This document shows positions 49,481 to 59,185 of a stretch of DNA of 64,000 nt, piece by piece (the stretch's first letter is position 1; the number at the start of each line of letters is the position of its first letter). Under the pieces are notes generated by a model, which saw only the letters and a list, made by a program, of their open reading frames with translations, searched no databases and was not told where the DNA came from. Source of the stretch: Marmoricola sp. GTDB taxonomy: Bacteria > Actinomycetota > Actinomycetes > Propionibacteriales > Nocardioidaceae. A program made the translations under genes and the position numbers. Location of the stretch: assembly GCA_025965315.1 (NCBI GenBank), contig JAOPXD010000154.1, positions 9,822 through 73,821 of the forward strand, given 5' to 3'.

Positions 49481-49679
49481 GTCCTCCAAGATAGTGGGCC
49501 CGTCGTCGACGTGAAGAACGGGCCTAGCCGGGCGTTCTGAGTGTTACATCGTTGTAGTTTGCAAGCACCGACACGCCCCAAGAGCATCTTTTTTTCACTC
49601 AGACCCCAAATTTCACAGAATTTGGGCCATACTTCGGAGCGAACTGGGGTTTCCCGCCCCCGATCGAGCAGGAGTTCTG

Positions 49680-50972
49680 ATGTCCTTCCACCGAGTCTCC
49701 CGAGCCCTGACCGGCGCCTTCGCCATCGGCGTCGTGGCGGTTCCCGTGCTCGTCGTCGCCAGCAGCCCCGCCTCGCTGACGGCTCAGCTGCAGGCACGCA
49801 CGACCGTCACCTCGACGGCCAGGGTCACCTACCCGGTCGTCGCCCGGAAACCGGTCGACCTGCGCACCTCGGGCAAGCACCCCGGTACGGCGATCAAGGC
49901 TCCCTGCGGCAGCGTCGTTCGCGCCGCGACCCCCGGCATCGCCTACGTGAGCACCTCGACGACCGGCGGCAACCACGTCGTGCACGTCGTGACGAGCCCG
50001 GCCAAGGTCAGCACCTGGTACGCCTACATGCGCTCCAACACGATCAAGAGCGGCCAGCTGGTGAAGGCCGGTCAGCAGATCGGCACCGTCGGCCACCAGG
50101 GCATCGCGACGTCCTGCTCGCTCTACTTCGCGGTGACCTCCGGCCCGGACGCCACCGAGGTCAACCCGACCCGGTGGCTGCGCACCTACGTCGGCAAGCC
50201 GGTCCCGACCGCCTGGCTGGCCGCTATCCCGACGAGCTTCGTGCTCTCCAGCTTCAACACCCTCGGCGCCATCCACACCGTGAAGAACAAGCACTACCCC
50301 GGCTACGCCGTCCGGGTCCCGAAGCAGGTCGCCCTGCTCAACAGCTACAAGGTCGACGTGGCCGGGCTGCAGGAGTTCGAGCACCCGCAGCGCGCGGCGT
50401 TCCTGGCGGCCGCCGGCAGTACCTTCGGCATCTACCCGTCGAACGCCAAGGCCGACAGCGACAACTCGGTGATCTGGCGCAACTCCACGATGGAGTTCGT
50501 CGGTGCGACGACCATGCCGATCCCCTACTTCAAGGGCGGCATCCGGCAGATGCCGGTCGTCGAGCTGCGGCAGCGGTCCACCGGCCTGACGGCGTACTTC
50601 ATGAACGTCCACAACCCGGCCTCGCTGCCCAAGTACGGCGACCAGTCGAAGTGGCGCGCCCAGGGGGTCGCGATCGAGCGCGCCAAGGTGACCGACCTGC
50701 TGAAGACCGGTCGTCCGGTCTTCTTCACCGGTGACTTCAACGACCGCCAGAACGCCTACTGCGGCGTCACCGCCGGCGGCCTGATGACGGCCGGGAACAC
50801 CAGTACGCCGACGACGGCGACCACCTGCACGGTGCCGCCGCACCCGTGGATCGACTGGATCTTCACCGCGGGCCCGTCGCAGTTCGAGAACTACACGATC
50901 GACACGACACCCAAGGACCAGCACATCTCCGACCACCCGATCCTGATCAGCCAGGTCTCGATCACGCACTGA
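49680..50972 (+). CDS. Secreted fusion: degenerate M23 domain + EEP (endonuclease/exonuclease/phosphatase) domain
   Basis: Signal peptide; M23-like HPGTA, TWYAYM, VKAGQQIGTVG, VNP; EEP SFN, LQE, TGDFND, IDWIF, SDHP. Confidence 0.85.
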   Translation: MSFHRVSRALTGAFAIGVVAVPVLVVASSPASLTAQLQARTTVTSTARVTYPVVARKPVDLRTSGKHPGTAIKAPCGSVVRAATPGIAYVSTSTTGGNHVVHVVTSPAKVSTWYAYMRSNTIKSGQLVKAGQQIGTVGHQGIATSCSLYFAVTSGPDATEVNPTRWLRTYVGKPVPTAWLAAIPTSFVLSSFNTLGAIHTVKNKHYPGYAVRVPKQVALLNSYKVDVAGLQEFEHPQRAAFLAAAGSTFGIYPSNAKADSDNSVIWRNSTMEFVGATTMPIPYFKGGIRQMPVVELRQRSTGLTAYFMNVHNPASLPKYGDQSKWRAQGVAIERAKVTDLLKTGRPVFFTGDFNDRQNAYCGVTAGGLMTAGNTSTPTTATTCTVPPHPWIDWIFTAGPSQFENYTIDTTPKDQHISDHPILISQVSITH

Positions 50973-51020
50973 GGGTTCGTCGGGCACACCGCCTCCGGCT
51001 CCCCCGGAGCCGTCCCTAGG

Positions 51021-52058
51021 ATGGTTCGCGTGGGAAGAGCAGCAGCAGCGCGCAAGCTGGCATCAGCGGCGGTCTACGGCGGTGGCGGACTGTCGCTGCT
51101 CGGGGCCTCGCTGTACGGAGTGCTGCGTGCCGAGGCGACGGTCGCGCGCAAGGCGATCGGGCACATCGACGGCCGGGTCCCCGACGCGACCGGCTGGTAC
51201 GGCCGCGGGCGTCCGGGTCCGGCGATCAAGATCGCGCTGCTCGGCGACTCCAGCGCGGCCGGGTACGGCGTCGACACCGTGGAGCAGACGCCCGGAGCAC
51301 TGCTCGGATCCGGGGTGGCGTCGCGGGCGGACCGTCGGGTCCACCTCGGCGCCTTCTGCCTCAGCGGCGCCAAGTCCAGCGACCTGGTCGGCCAGGTACG
51401 CGCAGCCCTCCCGACCGAACCCGATCTCGCAGTGATCCTGATCGGCGCGAACGACGTCACCCACCGGATGCTGCCCTCGGAATCGGTCCGGCACCTCAGC
51501 GAAGCCGTGCGCCGGCTGCGCGACGCGGGTGTCGCCGTGGTCGTCGGCACCTGCCCGGACCTGGGCACCGTACGGCCGATCCCGCAACCGCTGCGCCAGG
51601 TCGCCCGGCGCTGGTCGCGACGGCTCGCTGCCGGTCAGACCATCGCGGTCGTGGAGGCCGGTGGCCGGTCGGTCTCGCTCGGCTCGATCCTCGGACCCGA
51701 GTTCGACGCCGCGCCTGCCGTGCTCTTCGGGCCGGACCGCTTCCACCCCTCGGCCGCCGGCTACGCCTCGTTGGTCAGCGTGCTGGTGCCGTCGGCGCTG
51801 GCCGCGCTCGGCCTCGGCCCGGACGACGAGGAAGCCCCCCGCTCGCACCGCGGCGAGGGCCTGCGCCCGATCAGCAAGGCCGCCGTGCACGCCGCCCGGA
51901 ACCCGGGCACGGAGCTCGGCGGTACCGAGGTGGCGGGCTCCTCGCGCGGCCCGGGCGGTCGCTGGGTGATGCAGATGCGACGTACCTGGCAGACCCTCAC
52001 CGACGCCGAAGCGCCCGACCCGGACGAGTCCGAATCGAGCGCTGCGGTCGAGCGTTGA
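51021..52058 (+). CDS. SGNH/GDSL hydrolase (Rv1075c-like)
   Basis: LLGDSSAAG, GAND, DRFHPS. Confidence 0.9.
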   Translation: MVRVGRAAAARKLASAAVYGGGGLSLLGASLYGVLRAEATVARKAIGHIDGRVPDATGWYGRGRPGPAIKIALLGDSSAAGYGVDTVEQTPGALLGSGVASRADRRVHLGAFCLSGAKSSDLVGQVRAALPTEPDLAVILIGANDVTHRMLPSESVRHLSEAVRRLRDAGVAVVVGTCPDLGTVRPIPQPLRQVARRWSRRLAAGQTIAVVEAGGRSVSLGSILGPEFDAAPAVLFGPDRFHPSAAGYASLVSVLVPSALAALGLGPDDEEAPRSHRGEGLRPISKAAVHAARNPGTELGGTEVAGSSRGPGGRWVMQMRRTWQTLTDAEAPDPDESESSAAVER

Positions 52059-52895
52059 TCAGCGGCGCGTGAAGATCGCGATGATCCGCAGCAGCTCGAT
52101 GTAGATCCAGACGATCGTGACCGTCAGGCCGAAGGCTGCACGCCACGACTCGTTCTCCGGGAGCCCGGCGGCGATGCCGCGCTCGACGAAGTCGAAGTCC
52201 ATGATCAGCATCAGCACACCGAGGCCGAGCCCGATGACGCTCGAGATCAGGCCCATCCCGCCGAGGCCGTTGAAGCCGAAGCTCGCGTGGAAGATGCTGA
52301 GCACGAAGTCGAGCAGCGTCACGGCGACGAAGCCGAACATCATCCCGGTGACCCACATCCGGAACTTGGTGCCGACCTTGATGTTGAAGTACTTGTACGC
52401 CGCCAGCGTTCCGGCGACCGCAGCCACGGTGCCGAGGACGGCTCCGGGGACGACGCCGCCACCGAACTCGACCTGGAAGACCTTGCTCATCGCGCCGATG
52501 AAGAGGCCCTCGAGCGCGGCGTACGCGATCACCAGGGCCGGGCTGATCACCTTCTTGAACGAGTTGACCATGCTCAGGGCGAAGCCGCCGAACGCGCCGA
52601 CGAGCGACAGCGTGTAGAGCATCGAGGCCTTGTCCGAGTCCAGGACGGTCTGACCGGAGACGTTCGTGGTGAGGACGTCACCGGTGGCGACCCAGACGAT
52701 CGCAGCCGTCAGGATCACGGTGCCCAGCGTCAGGCCGGTCTTCTGGACGACCGTGTCGATCGTCATCCGGCCGGTTCCGGCGCCCGTGTGGGTGATCGGG
52801 GAGCCGTAGGTGGTGTCGCCGACGTTGGCGTACGTGGTGCCGCCCTTGCCGTTGAACCCCTCGGAACGGTTGAAGACGGGGTTGTTGCTCTTCAT
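52059..52895 (-). CDS. Bax inhibitor-1/YccA family membrane protein (Rv1072-like)
   Basis: MKSNNPVF, MTIDTVVQKT, DFDFVERG, AAFGLTVTIVWIYIELLR. Confidence 0.9.
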   Translation of the reverse strand: MKSNNPVFNRSEGFNGKGGTTYANVGDTTYGSPITHTGAGTGRMTIDTVVQKTGLTLGTVILTAAIVWVATGDVLTTNVSGQTVLDSDKASMLYTLSLVGAFGGFALSMVNSFKKVISPALVIAYAALEGLFIGAMSKVFQVEFGGGVVPGAVLGTVAAVAGTLAAYKYFNIKVGTKFRMWVTGMMFGFVAVTLLDFVLSIFHASFGFNGLGGMGLISSVIGLGLGVLMLIMDFDFVERGIAAGLPENESWRAAFGLTVTIVWIYIELLRIIAIFTRR

Positions 52896-52976
52896 GGTCT
52901 CCTCCTTGGAGGCCGAACGGGCTCACCAGTCTGGCGCCCGCGTGACGTCTCGATCCTAGCGAGCCGTCACACACTT

Positions 52977-53002
52977 AACGGATCAAGCCGGGGTGGCGTT
53001 CC
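52977..53002 (-). promoter_or_regulatory. SigH/SigE/SigR-type promoter of the BI-1 gene
   Basis: Minus strand GGAAC-N18-GTT. Confidence 0.6.
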
Positions 53003-53042
53003 CGCTGACCACCCCGCGCCGGGCACCTGAAAGGATCGTCCG

Positions 53043-53651
53043 ATGACCGACGCGACGCCGCAACCGATCGGGTACGACGAGTTCGGGATGCGGTTCATGA
53101 CCATGGTGCTGCACCGCGACCGGGTGATGGAGTCGATCAACCGGGTGCTCGGTGACGAGTTCCAGCTCGGGCCGATCGGTGCCGGGCCCGGCCGCAAGGT
53201 CGCCAAGGTGACCGCGAACGGCACCTTCGGGAAGGCGTACGGCGAGGCGCTGGCGGACGTCGTGGGCTACGAGGTCAACCTGCCGGTCGACGTCGCCTTC
53301 CACCTCGACCTCGGTGTCGACATGCTCCGGTTCAATGCCGAGGTGGTGCTCCCGCTGCGCCTGACGATGGAGCTCGTCGAGCCGCTGACGATCCTGTGGC
53401 ACATCACGGCGCCCGACCCCGACGACGTGACCATGACGGTGGCCTCGGACAGCCGACGCGCGAGTGTGCTCCAGAAGCTGACCGGCCTGGACGGCGAGCT
53501 GCGCCGGTTCATCGTGCGGTTCGTGGACCGCGAGCTGGAGAAGCCGCACGTGCAGAAGGCGATGCGGATCGACCTGGTCACGCTGATCGACAACGCCTGG
53601 GAGCACATCGCCGACCAGTTCCTGCCGAACGAACCCGCTGATCGCCGCTGA
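53043..53651 (+). CDS. Hypothetical cytoplasmic protein
   Basis: 202 aa, GC-ending codons, GAAAGGA RBS. Confidence 0.75.
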   Translation: MTDATPQPIGYDEFGMRFMTMVLHRDRVMESINRVLGDEFQLGPIGAGPGRKVAKVTANGTFGKAYGEALADVVGYEVNLPVDVAFHLDLGVDMLRFNAEVVLPLRLTMELVEPLTILWHITAPDPDDVTMTVASDSRRASVLQKLTGLDGELRRFIVRFVDRELEKPHVQKAMRIDLVTLIDNAWEHIADQFLPNEPADRR

Positions 53652-53674
53652 GCGAGCAGTCCGGGTGATCGGGG

Positions 53675-53938
53675 TCAGTGACCCCGGATCGGGCTGAGCC
53701 CGTCGAAGCCCGCGAGCGAGAGCGCCACGATCACCGCAGCGACCGCGCCGAGCAGGATCCCGAAGCCGATTCCCCCGCGCGGGGTGAACAGCAGCACACC
53801 GCCGGCGATGATCGACAGGAAGATCACCAGCAGGATGCGCTGGTCGCCGGCCGCGATGATCAGGTACCCGAGGTTCGCCGCGAACGAGACGATGCCGCCC
53901 TTGAGCATCTCGATCTTCTCGTTGTACTCGTGTTCCAT
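53675..53938 (-). CDS. Small membrane protein (3 TM)
   Basis: ATG 53938 after GGAGA; hydrophobic; follows the mce operon. Confidence 0.65.
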   Translation of the reverse strand: MEHEYNEKIEMLKGGIVSFAANLGYLIIAAGDQRILLVIFLSIIAGGVLLFTPRGGIGFGILLGAVAAVIVALSLAGFDGLSPIRGH

Positions 53939-53990
53939 CGGGTCTCCTGCGTTGCGTTGGTACGACGAGGAGAACTTACACGCGCCGCGA

Positions 53991-55073
53991 TCACGGCGCG
54001 TGCGCAGCACCTCTCCAGGTCTTCTGCGGGTCCCGGCAGGCGACGCCGTAGTCGGGGGCCTCCGGCCTGAGGTCGGTCGTCGAGCGCCACTGCGCAGGCG
54101 GGATGTAGCCCTTCTGGCAGACCGCGCCGCCCTGGGTCAGCTGCAGCACGAACTGGGCCAGCCCGTTGCGCGCCCCGGGCCCGGTGGTGGCGACGCTGTA
54201 CGGGAACGCGACCAGTGCCTCGGCGAGCGACGCCATCCCCAGGTGAGCGATCCTGGCGATCACCGCCAGGTTCTGCCCGAGGTCGAGGAACGACGGCTGG
54301 AGCTGGTCCAGGAGCAGCCCGAGCTCGTGGGCGAGGCTCGACCCGTCACGCAGCGTGGTCCGGATCAGCGGGTCCTTGTTCCGCACGGTCGTGGTGAGCT
54401 CGGCCAGGCTGTGGGTGAACGAGCGGACCGAGTCCGCCTGGGCCTCCTGGGTCCGGAGCACCACGGCAGTGTTGCGGAGCAGACCGACCGTCTCGGGCAG
54501 GTGCGCGTTCGCCTGGTCCAGCAGCGTGGTCGCACCGTCGAGCAGCCGGGCGATGTCCGGGCCGGTGCCGCGGAACCCGGTCCCCAGCTCGGTCACGACG
54601 GTGGAGAGATCGTGGGTGTTCACCGACGAGACGAAGCTGTTGAGACTGGCCAGCAGATCCTGCTCGGGCAGCGGCGTGCTGGTGGCGGCGCGGGCGATCA
54701 CCGACCCGTCGTGCAGGAAGGGACCGGACGCGTCCGGCGGCACCAGGTCGACGTACTGCTCCCCCACGGCGGACCGGTTGTGCACCTCGGCGAGGCTGTC
54801 CGCCGGCACCCGTTGGTGCTTGCTGATCTCCAGGTCGGCATGGATGCCGTCCCCGGCCGGGACGACCTTCCCGACCCTGCCGATCGGCACCCCCCGGTAG
54901 GTGACCTCGGCGCCGGGGAAGATCCCGCCGGAGTCCGCCAGGTCGACGCGGACCTGGTACGTCGTGGAGATGACCAGGTCGGTCAGGTGCGCGTACTCGG
55001 CGCCGCTGTAGCTGATCGCCACCGCTCCCAGCAGGGCGAAGGCCATCAGCCGGCGGCGGACCCCGGACGTCAT
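53991..55073 (-). CDS. mceF: MCE family protein (sixth)
   Basis: GGIFPGAEVTYRGVPIGRV, RSAVGEQYVDL. Confidence 0.85.
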   Translation of the reverse strand: MTSGVRRRLMAFALLGAVAISYSGAEYAHLTDLVISTTYQVRVDLADSGGIFPGAEVTYRGVPIGRVGKVVPAGDGIHADLEISKHQRVPADSLAEVHNRSAVGEQYVDLVPPDASGPFLHDGSVIARAATSTPLPEQDLLASLNSFVSSVNTHDLSTVVTELGTGFRGTGPDIARLLDGATTLLDQANAHLPETVGLLRNTAVVLRTQEAQADSVRSFTHSLAELTTTVRNKDPLIRTTLRDGSSLAHELGLLLDQLQPSFLDLGQNLAVIARIAHLGMASLAEALVAFPYSVATTGPGARNGLAQFVLQLTQGGAVCQKGYIPPAQWRSTTDLRPEAPDYGVACRDPQKTWRGAAHAP

Positions 55074-56059
55074 TGCTGCAGCGCCTTCAGCTTGGACAGC
55101 GACAGGTCGACCTCGATGTGCGAGTTCACGTAGTCGCCGTGGATGGCGGACAGGATCGCGTCCGGGAACGGGAAGCTGAGCATGTACTCGAGCGCCTTCG
55201 GCAGGTTGTCGCCGGCGTCCGCGAGCCGGCCGAGGGTAGGAGCGAGTGCGTGCAGGCTGGCCAGCAGGTCCGCACGCGTGGCGAGCACGGTCGAGGTGCC
55301 CACCTGGGCGAACCGGGTGGTTGCCCGGAGCATCCGGACCAGCGACTTGCGCTGGTCCGCGAGCACCGTCAGCGCCGGCCCGATCCGGTCGAGGGCCTCG
55401 GCGATCGTCCGGTGCCCGTCGCGGAGCCGGGTCGTGAGCCGGTCGAGCCCGTCGAGGGCCCGGGCGATCTGGGACCGGTTGCGTGCCAGGGTCCCGGTGA
55501 GCTGGTCGAGCTCGGTGAGGAGCCCGCGCGCATCGTCCTCGTGACCGTGCAGCGCCTGGTGCAGCTCGGAGGCGATCGTGTGCAGCCGTTCGATCCCGCC
55601 ACCGTTGAGCAGCAGCGAGAGCGCGCCGAGCACCTCCTCGACCTCGATGCTCCGGGTGGTGTGCGAGACCGCGATCACGGCACCGTCGGTGAGCGCACCT
55701 TGCGGGGCCTCGTCGGTCGGCGTCGTCAGCTCGACGTACTTCTCGCCGAGCAGCCCGGTCTGACGGACGGCAGCCACCGCGTTCGCGGGCAGGTGCACGT
55801 CACCGTTGACCACGACGTGCACCTGGGGGTGCCAGCCGTTCAGGTCGATCGAGGTGACCTTGCCGACGGTGACGTCGTCGACCTTCACCGATGCCTGCCG
55901 GGCCAGGTTGAGGGTGTCCGCGAGCTGGATGTCGACGTGGATCGGGTGCGAGCCCAGATCCGGTCCACCCGGGAGCGGGACGTCGTTCAGACCGGCGAAC
56001 CCCGAGCATCCCGAGGTGAGCAGGCCCACCGCGAGCAGCAGCACGAGCAGGCGCTTCAC
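55070..56059 (-). CDS. mceE: MCE family lipoprotein (fifth)
   Basis: Lipobox LTSGC, PLPGG, VKVDDVTVGKV, LLGEKYVEL. Confidence 0.85.
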   Translation of the reverse strand: MKRLLVLLLAVGLLTSGCSGFAGLNDVPLPGGPDLGSHPIHVDIQLADTLNLARQASVKVDDVTVGKVTSIDLNGWHPQVHVVVNGDVHLPANAVAAVRQTGLLGEKYVELTTPTDEAPQGALTDGAVIAVSHTTRSIEVEEVLGALSLLLNGGGIERLHTIASELHQALHGHEDDARGLLTELDQLTGTLARNRSQIARALDGLDRLTTRLRDGHRTIAEALDRIGPALTVLADQRKSLVRMLRATTRFAQVGTSTVLATRADLLASLHALAPTLGRLADAGDNLPKALEYMLSFPFPDAILSAIHGDYVNSHIEVDLSLSKLKALQQ

Positions 56060-57150
56060 CGCTTGCCCCCGAGCAGGGCCAGCAGGGCGTTGCACACCGG
56101 CGTGACCTGCGGGATCCCGATGGCGGCGAGCTCGTCGCAGATCAGCCGCTTGGAGTTCTGCAGGATCGTCAGGACGTTCGCGCGGCTCCGGGCTCCCTGC
56201 AGCTTCGGGTCCCAGGTCCGGTTGAGGTTGTCGATCCCGACCGGGACGGTGTGGATCACCTCGGCCAGGGCACGTTTCTCCCGGACGAGCGCCGCGGTGA
56301 CCGTGACCAGGCCGGAGACGTCCCCGACCAGCTCCGCGCGGTTCTGCTGGACGAAGTCGCGAACCCGGCCGAAGGAGCGGGCGAGGCTGTCGAGCACCGA
56401 GCCGAGCGAGCCGCGCTCGTCGGCGAGGAAGCCGATCACCTCGGCCATCTGCCGGTTGAACGCGCGCACCTGGCCGTCGTCCCCGGCCAGCGTGGAGGTC
56501 AGCTGCTCCAGGGACGACACCGAGGCGAAGAAGTCAGCGCTCGAGTCCCCGAGGGTCCCGGTGGCGCCCGAGACCTCGACCAGCATCCGGTGCAGCTCGG
56601 CGCCGTTGCCGTCGAGCGCCTGGGCCCCGACGTGCAGCACCCGGTTGACGGCGCCGGTGTCGTTCGCACCCTGCTTGTTGACACCCTGCGGTCCGAGCGC
56701 GTCGAGCAGGTCGTGCACGGTGCGGTAGACCCGGTCGAGCTCGACCGGGACCCGGGTCCGGCTCAGCGGGATCCGGTCCCCCGACGCCAGCAGCCCGCTG
56801 CCGGCGCTGCTCTGACCGGTGAGCTGGACGAACCGGTCCGCGACCACCGAGGGCGAGATGATCACGGCGCCGGCGTTCGCCGGAAGCCGGTAGCGGGCGC
56901 TGTAGGTCATCGCGACCCGGACGTGGTCCCCGTCGGGGACGATGCTCGTGACCTTGCCGATCGGGACACCCATCAGCCGGACCTCGGAGCCCTTGTAGAC
57001 GCCGACGCTGCTGACGAAGTCGGCCGAGATCCGCACCTCCCGGGCGCGCGGCCAGAGCACGAACGCCATCGACGCGACGAGTGCCACCACGAGGACGCCG
57101 ATCCCTGTGCGCTGCGTCACCGGGCGCTGCGTCACCGGGCGCCGCGTCAC
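56056..57150 (-). CDS. mceD: MCE family protein (fourth)
   Basis: GVYKGSEVRLMGVPIGKV, SVVADRFVQL, PVELD. Confidence 0.85.
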   Translation of the reverse strand: MTRRPVTQRPVTQRTGIGVLVVALVASMAFVLWPRAREVRISADFVSSVGVYKGSEVRLMGVPIGKVTSIVPDGDHVRVAMTYSARYRLPANAGAVIISPSVVADRFVQLTGQSSAGSGLLASGDRIPLSRTRVPVELDRVYRTVHDLLDALGPQGVNKQGANDTGAVNRVLHVGAQALDGNGAELHRMLVEVSGATGTLGDSSADFFASVSSLEQLTSTLAGDDGQVRAFNRQMAEVIGFLADERGSLGSVLDSLARSFGRVRDFVQQNRAELVGDVSGLVTVTAALVREKRALAEVIHTVPVGIDNLNRTWDPKLQGARSRANVLTILQNSKRLICDELAAIGIPQVTPVCNALLALLGGKR

Positions 57151-57153
57151 CGG
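57109..57153. repeat. 3 x 15-bp tandem repeat at the mceD start
   Basis: GCGCTGCGTCACCGG x2 + GCGCCGCGTCACCGG; encodes VTRRP-VTQRP-VTQR. Confidence 0.85.
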
Positions 57154-58121
57154 GCACCGCCCAGGGTGATCGCGGTGCCGACGTTCGGGATGATCGCGTC
57201 GAACCACCGACCGGAACCGAGGGTGTTGGTGAACACCCGCAGGAACACGTCCAGGTTGCGCACCGTCTCGCCGAGCTGGTGCTGGCGCTGGGCGAGCAGG
57301 GTCACCACACCGTGCAGGTCGCGCAGGGCCGGGTTCAAGGTGGCCTGGTTGTCGGTGACGACGCCGTCGAGCTGATCGGCCAGCGCGGTCGTGGTCACCA
57401 GCAGCCGGTGGATCGCCGTACGGCGGGTCGCGAGCTCAGCCAGGACCTGGTTCGTCGCGGACACCAGGTGGCCGATGTCGCCGCGGCGGCGCGCGAGCAC
57501 CTCGGTCGTCCCACGTGCATGGCGGAGCAGCTCCTTGACCTCGGTGTCCCGGCTGGCGATCGCCGCCGAGAAGGTGGCGAGCCCGTGCAGCACACCGCGG
57601 ACGTGGCTCGGCGAGCCCGCGAAGGTGGTCGCGATCGTGTCGAGAGCCTGGGCGACCCGCTTCTTGTCGATCGCCCCTGCCGTCTCGGTCAGCTGGGAGA
57701 AGGCCTCGACCACGTCGTACGCCGCGGTGGTCCGCGCCAGCGGGATGGTGGCGCCGTGCGCGAGCCGGCCGGAGCCGTGCGGCTCCACCTCGAGGTACTT
57801 GGCGCCGAGGAGGCTGCCCACCTTGATCCCTGCCGTCGTCGTCGATCCGAGGCGCACCGGGCCGCCGACCCGGAACTCGATCACGACGTGGTTGGCGGCG
57901 ATGTCGATCCGGCGCACCGCGCCGACCCGGATGCCCGAGATCTCGACCGGATCGCCTGTCCGCAGCCCGCCGGCATCGGTGAAGTCGGCGCGGTAGCCGA
58001 CCTGCCCGCTGTTCACGAACGGCAGGTCGTCGAGCCGGAAGAGCCCGATCAGCACCACGGCGATGCCGAGGATGCCGATCAGTCCGATCACCAGCGGATC
58101 GCGCTTGGCAGCCCGGCTCAC
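57147..58121 (-). CDS. mceC: MCE family protein (third)
   Basis: AGGLRTGDPVEISGIRVGAV, LLGAKYLEV, IPLART. Confidence 0.85.
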   Translation of the reverse strand: MSRAAKRDPLVIGLIGILGIAVVLIGLFRLDDLPFVNSGQVGYRADFTDAGGLRTGDPVEISGIRVGAVRRIDIAANHVVIEFRVGGPVRLGSTTTAGIKVGSLLGAKYLEVEPHGSGRLAHGATIPLARTTAAYDVVEAFSQLTETAGAIDKKRVAQALDTIATTFAGSPSHVRGVLHGLATFSAAIASRDTEVKELLRHARGTTEVLARRRGDIGHLVSATNQVLAELATRRTAIHRLLVTTTALADQLDGVVTDNQATLNPALRDLHGVVTLLAQRQHQLGETVRNLDVFLRVFTNTLGSGRWFDAIIPNVGTAITLGGAR

Positions 58122-59185
58122 CGCTTGCACCTCGGCGAGCTGTCGTTCAGGTTGATGCTGTTGAACCGGCTGAGCAGGACGCCGAGGATCCCCGGCGGGC
58201 TGCTGCTGGTGTCGATGAACTTCACGCTCAGCTCACAGGCGTAGTAGTTGAACCAGGACCCGTACGACGCGGTCCGGGCGATCGCGGCGTACTTCACCGG
58301 CAGGAAATCGACCACGTGCTCGAGCAGCGCGAGGTTCACCGGCTGGTCGAGGGTCCTCGCCTCGCGGGCCAGCGAGTCCACGTCGGACCTGAGGTCCGGC
58401 CGGGCTCGGGCGAGCAGGTCAGCGGTGACGGTGGTGACCTTGCCGATCTGGTCGATCGCAGCACCCACCGCGTCGCGGTCGTGCGCGATCCCGCCGACGA
58501 ACCGGCTCAGCTCGGTGACGAGCTGGTCGAGCCGCTGGTGGCGGTCGTCGACCGTCCCGAGCACGACGTTGAGGTTGCTGATGACGTGACCGATGACCTC
58601 GTCGCGATCCGCGAGCGTCCTGGTCAGCGACTCGGTGTGGGTGAGCAGCGACGTCACCGTCGATCCCTCGCCCTGCAACGTCTTGATGATGTCCATCGCG
58701 AGATCGTTGACGTCGGTGGGTGAGAGCGCCGCGAACAGCGGCTTGAAGCCGTTGAACAGCTCGTTGAGATCCAGTGCCGGTTCGGTACGGGCGAGCGGGA
58801 TCGTGCCGCCCGCGCGCAGCGTCGACCCCGATCCTGGGACCAGCGCCAGCGTGCGGTCCCCGACGAGGTCCAGGTAGCGGATCTCGGCCCGGGTACCGGT
58901 GGTCAGCGGCAGGCTCTTGTTCAGCGTGAACGTCACGACCGCGGTGGCGTCCGGCTCCAGCGACACCGCGTCGACCTTGCCGACCACCACTCCGGACGCG
59001 CGCACGTCGTCGCCCGGCGCCAACCGGCTGGCGCTCGTGAACAGCGCCCGGAACGTGCCGCGGTCGCTGCCGCCGAACGGCCGCACCGTGGCGATGATCG
59101 TCACGGTCACCACGACCGAGACGAGCAGGAAGGCGATCAGCTTGATCGCTGCCGACCGGACCTGGCGGTCCCGTTCGCTGATCAA
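58118..59185 (-). CDS. mceB: MCE family protein (second)
   Basis: LAPGDDVRASGVVVGKV, IRYLDLVGDR, TEPALDL, YGSWFNYYAC. Confidence 0.85.
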   Translation of the reverse strand: MISERDRQVRSAAIKLIAFLLVSVVVTVTIIATVRPFGGSDRGTFRALFTSASRLAPGDDVRASGVVVGKVDAVSLEPDATAVVTFTLNKSLPLTTGTRAEIRYLDLVGDRTLALVPGSGSTLRAGGTIPLARTEPALDLNELFNGFKPLFAALSPTDVNDLAMDIIKTLQGEGSTVTSLLTHTESLTRTLADRDEVIGHVISNLNVVLGTVDDRHQRLDQLVTELSRFVGGIAHDRDAVGAAIDQIGKVTTVTADLLARARPDLRSDVDSLAREARTLDQPVNLALLEHVVDFLPVKYAAIARTASYGSWFNYYACELSVKFIDTSSSPPGILGVLLSRFNSINLNDSSPRCKR

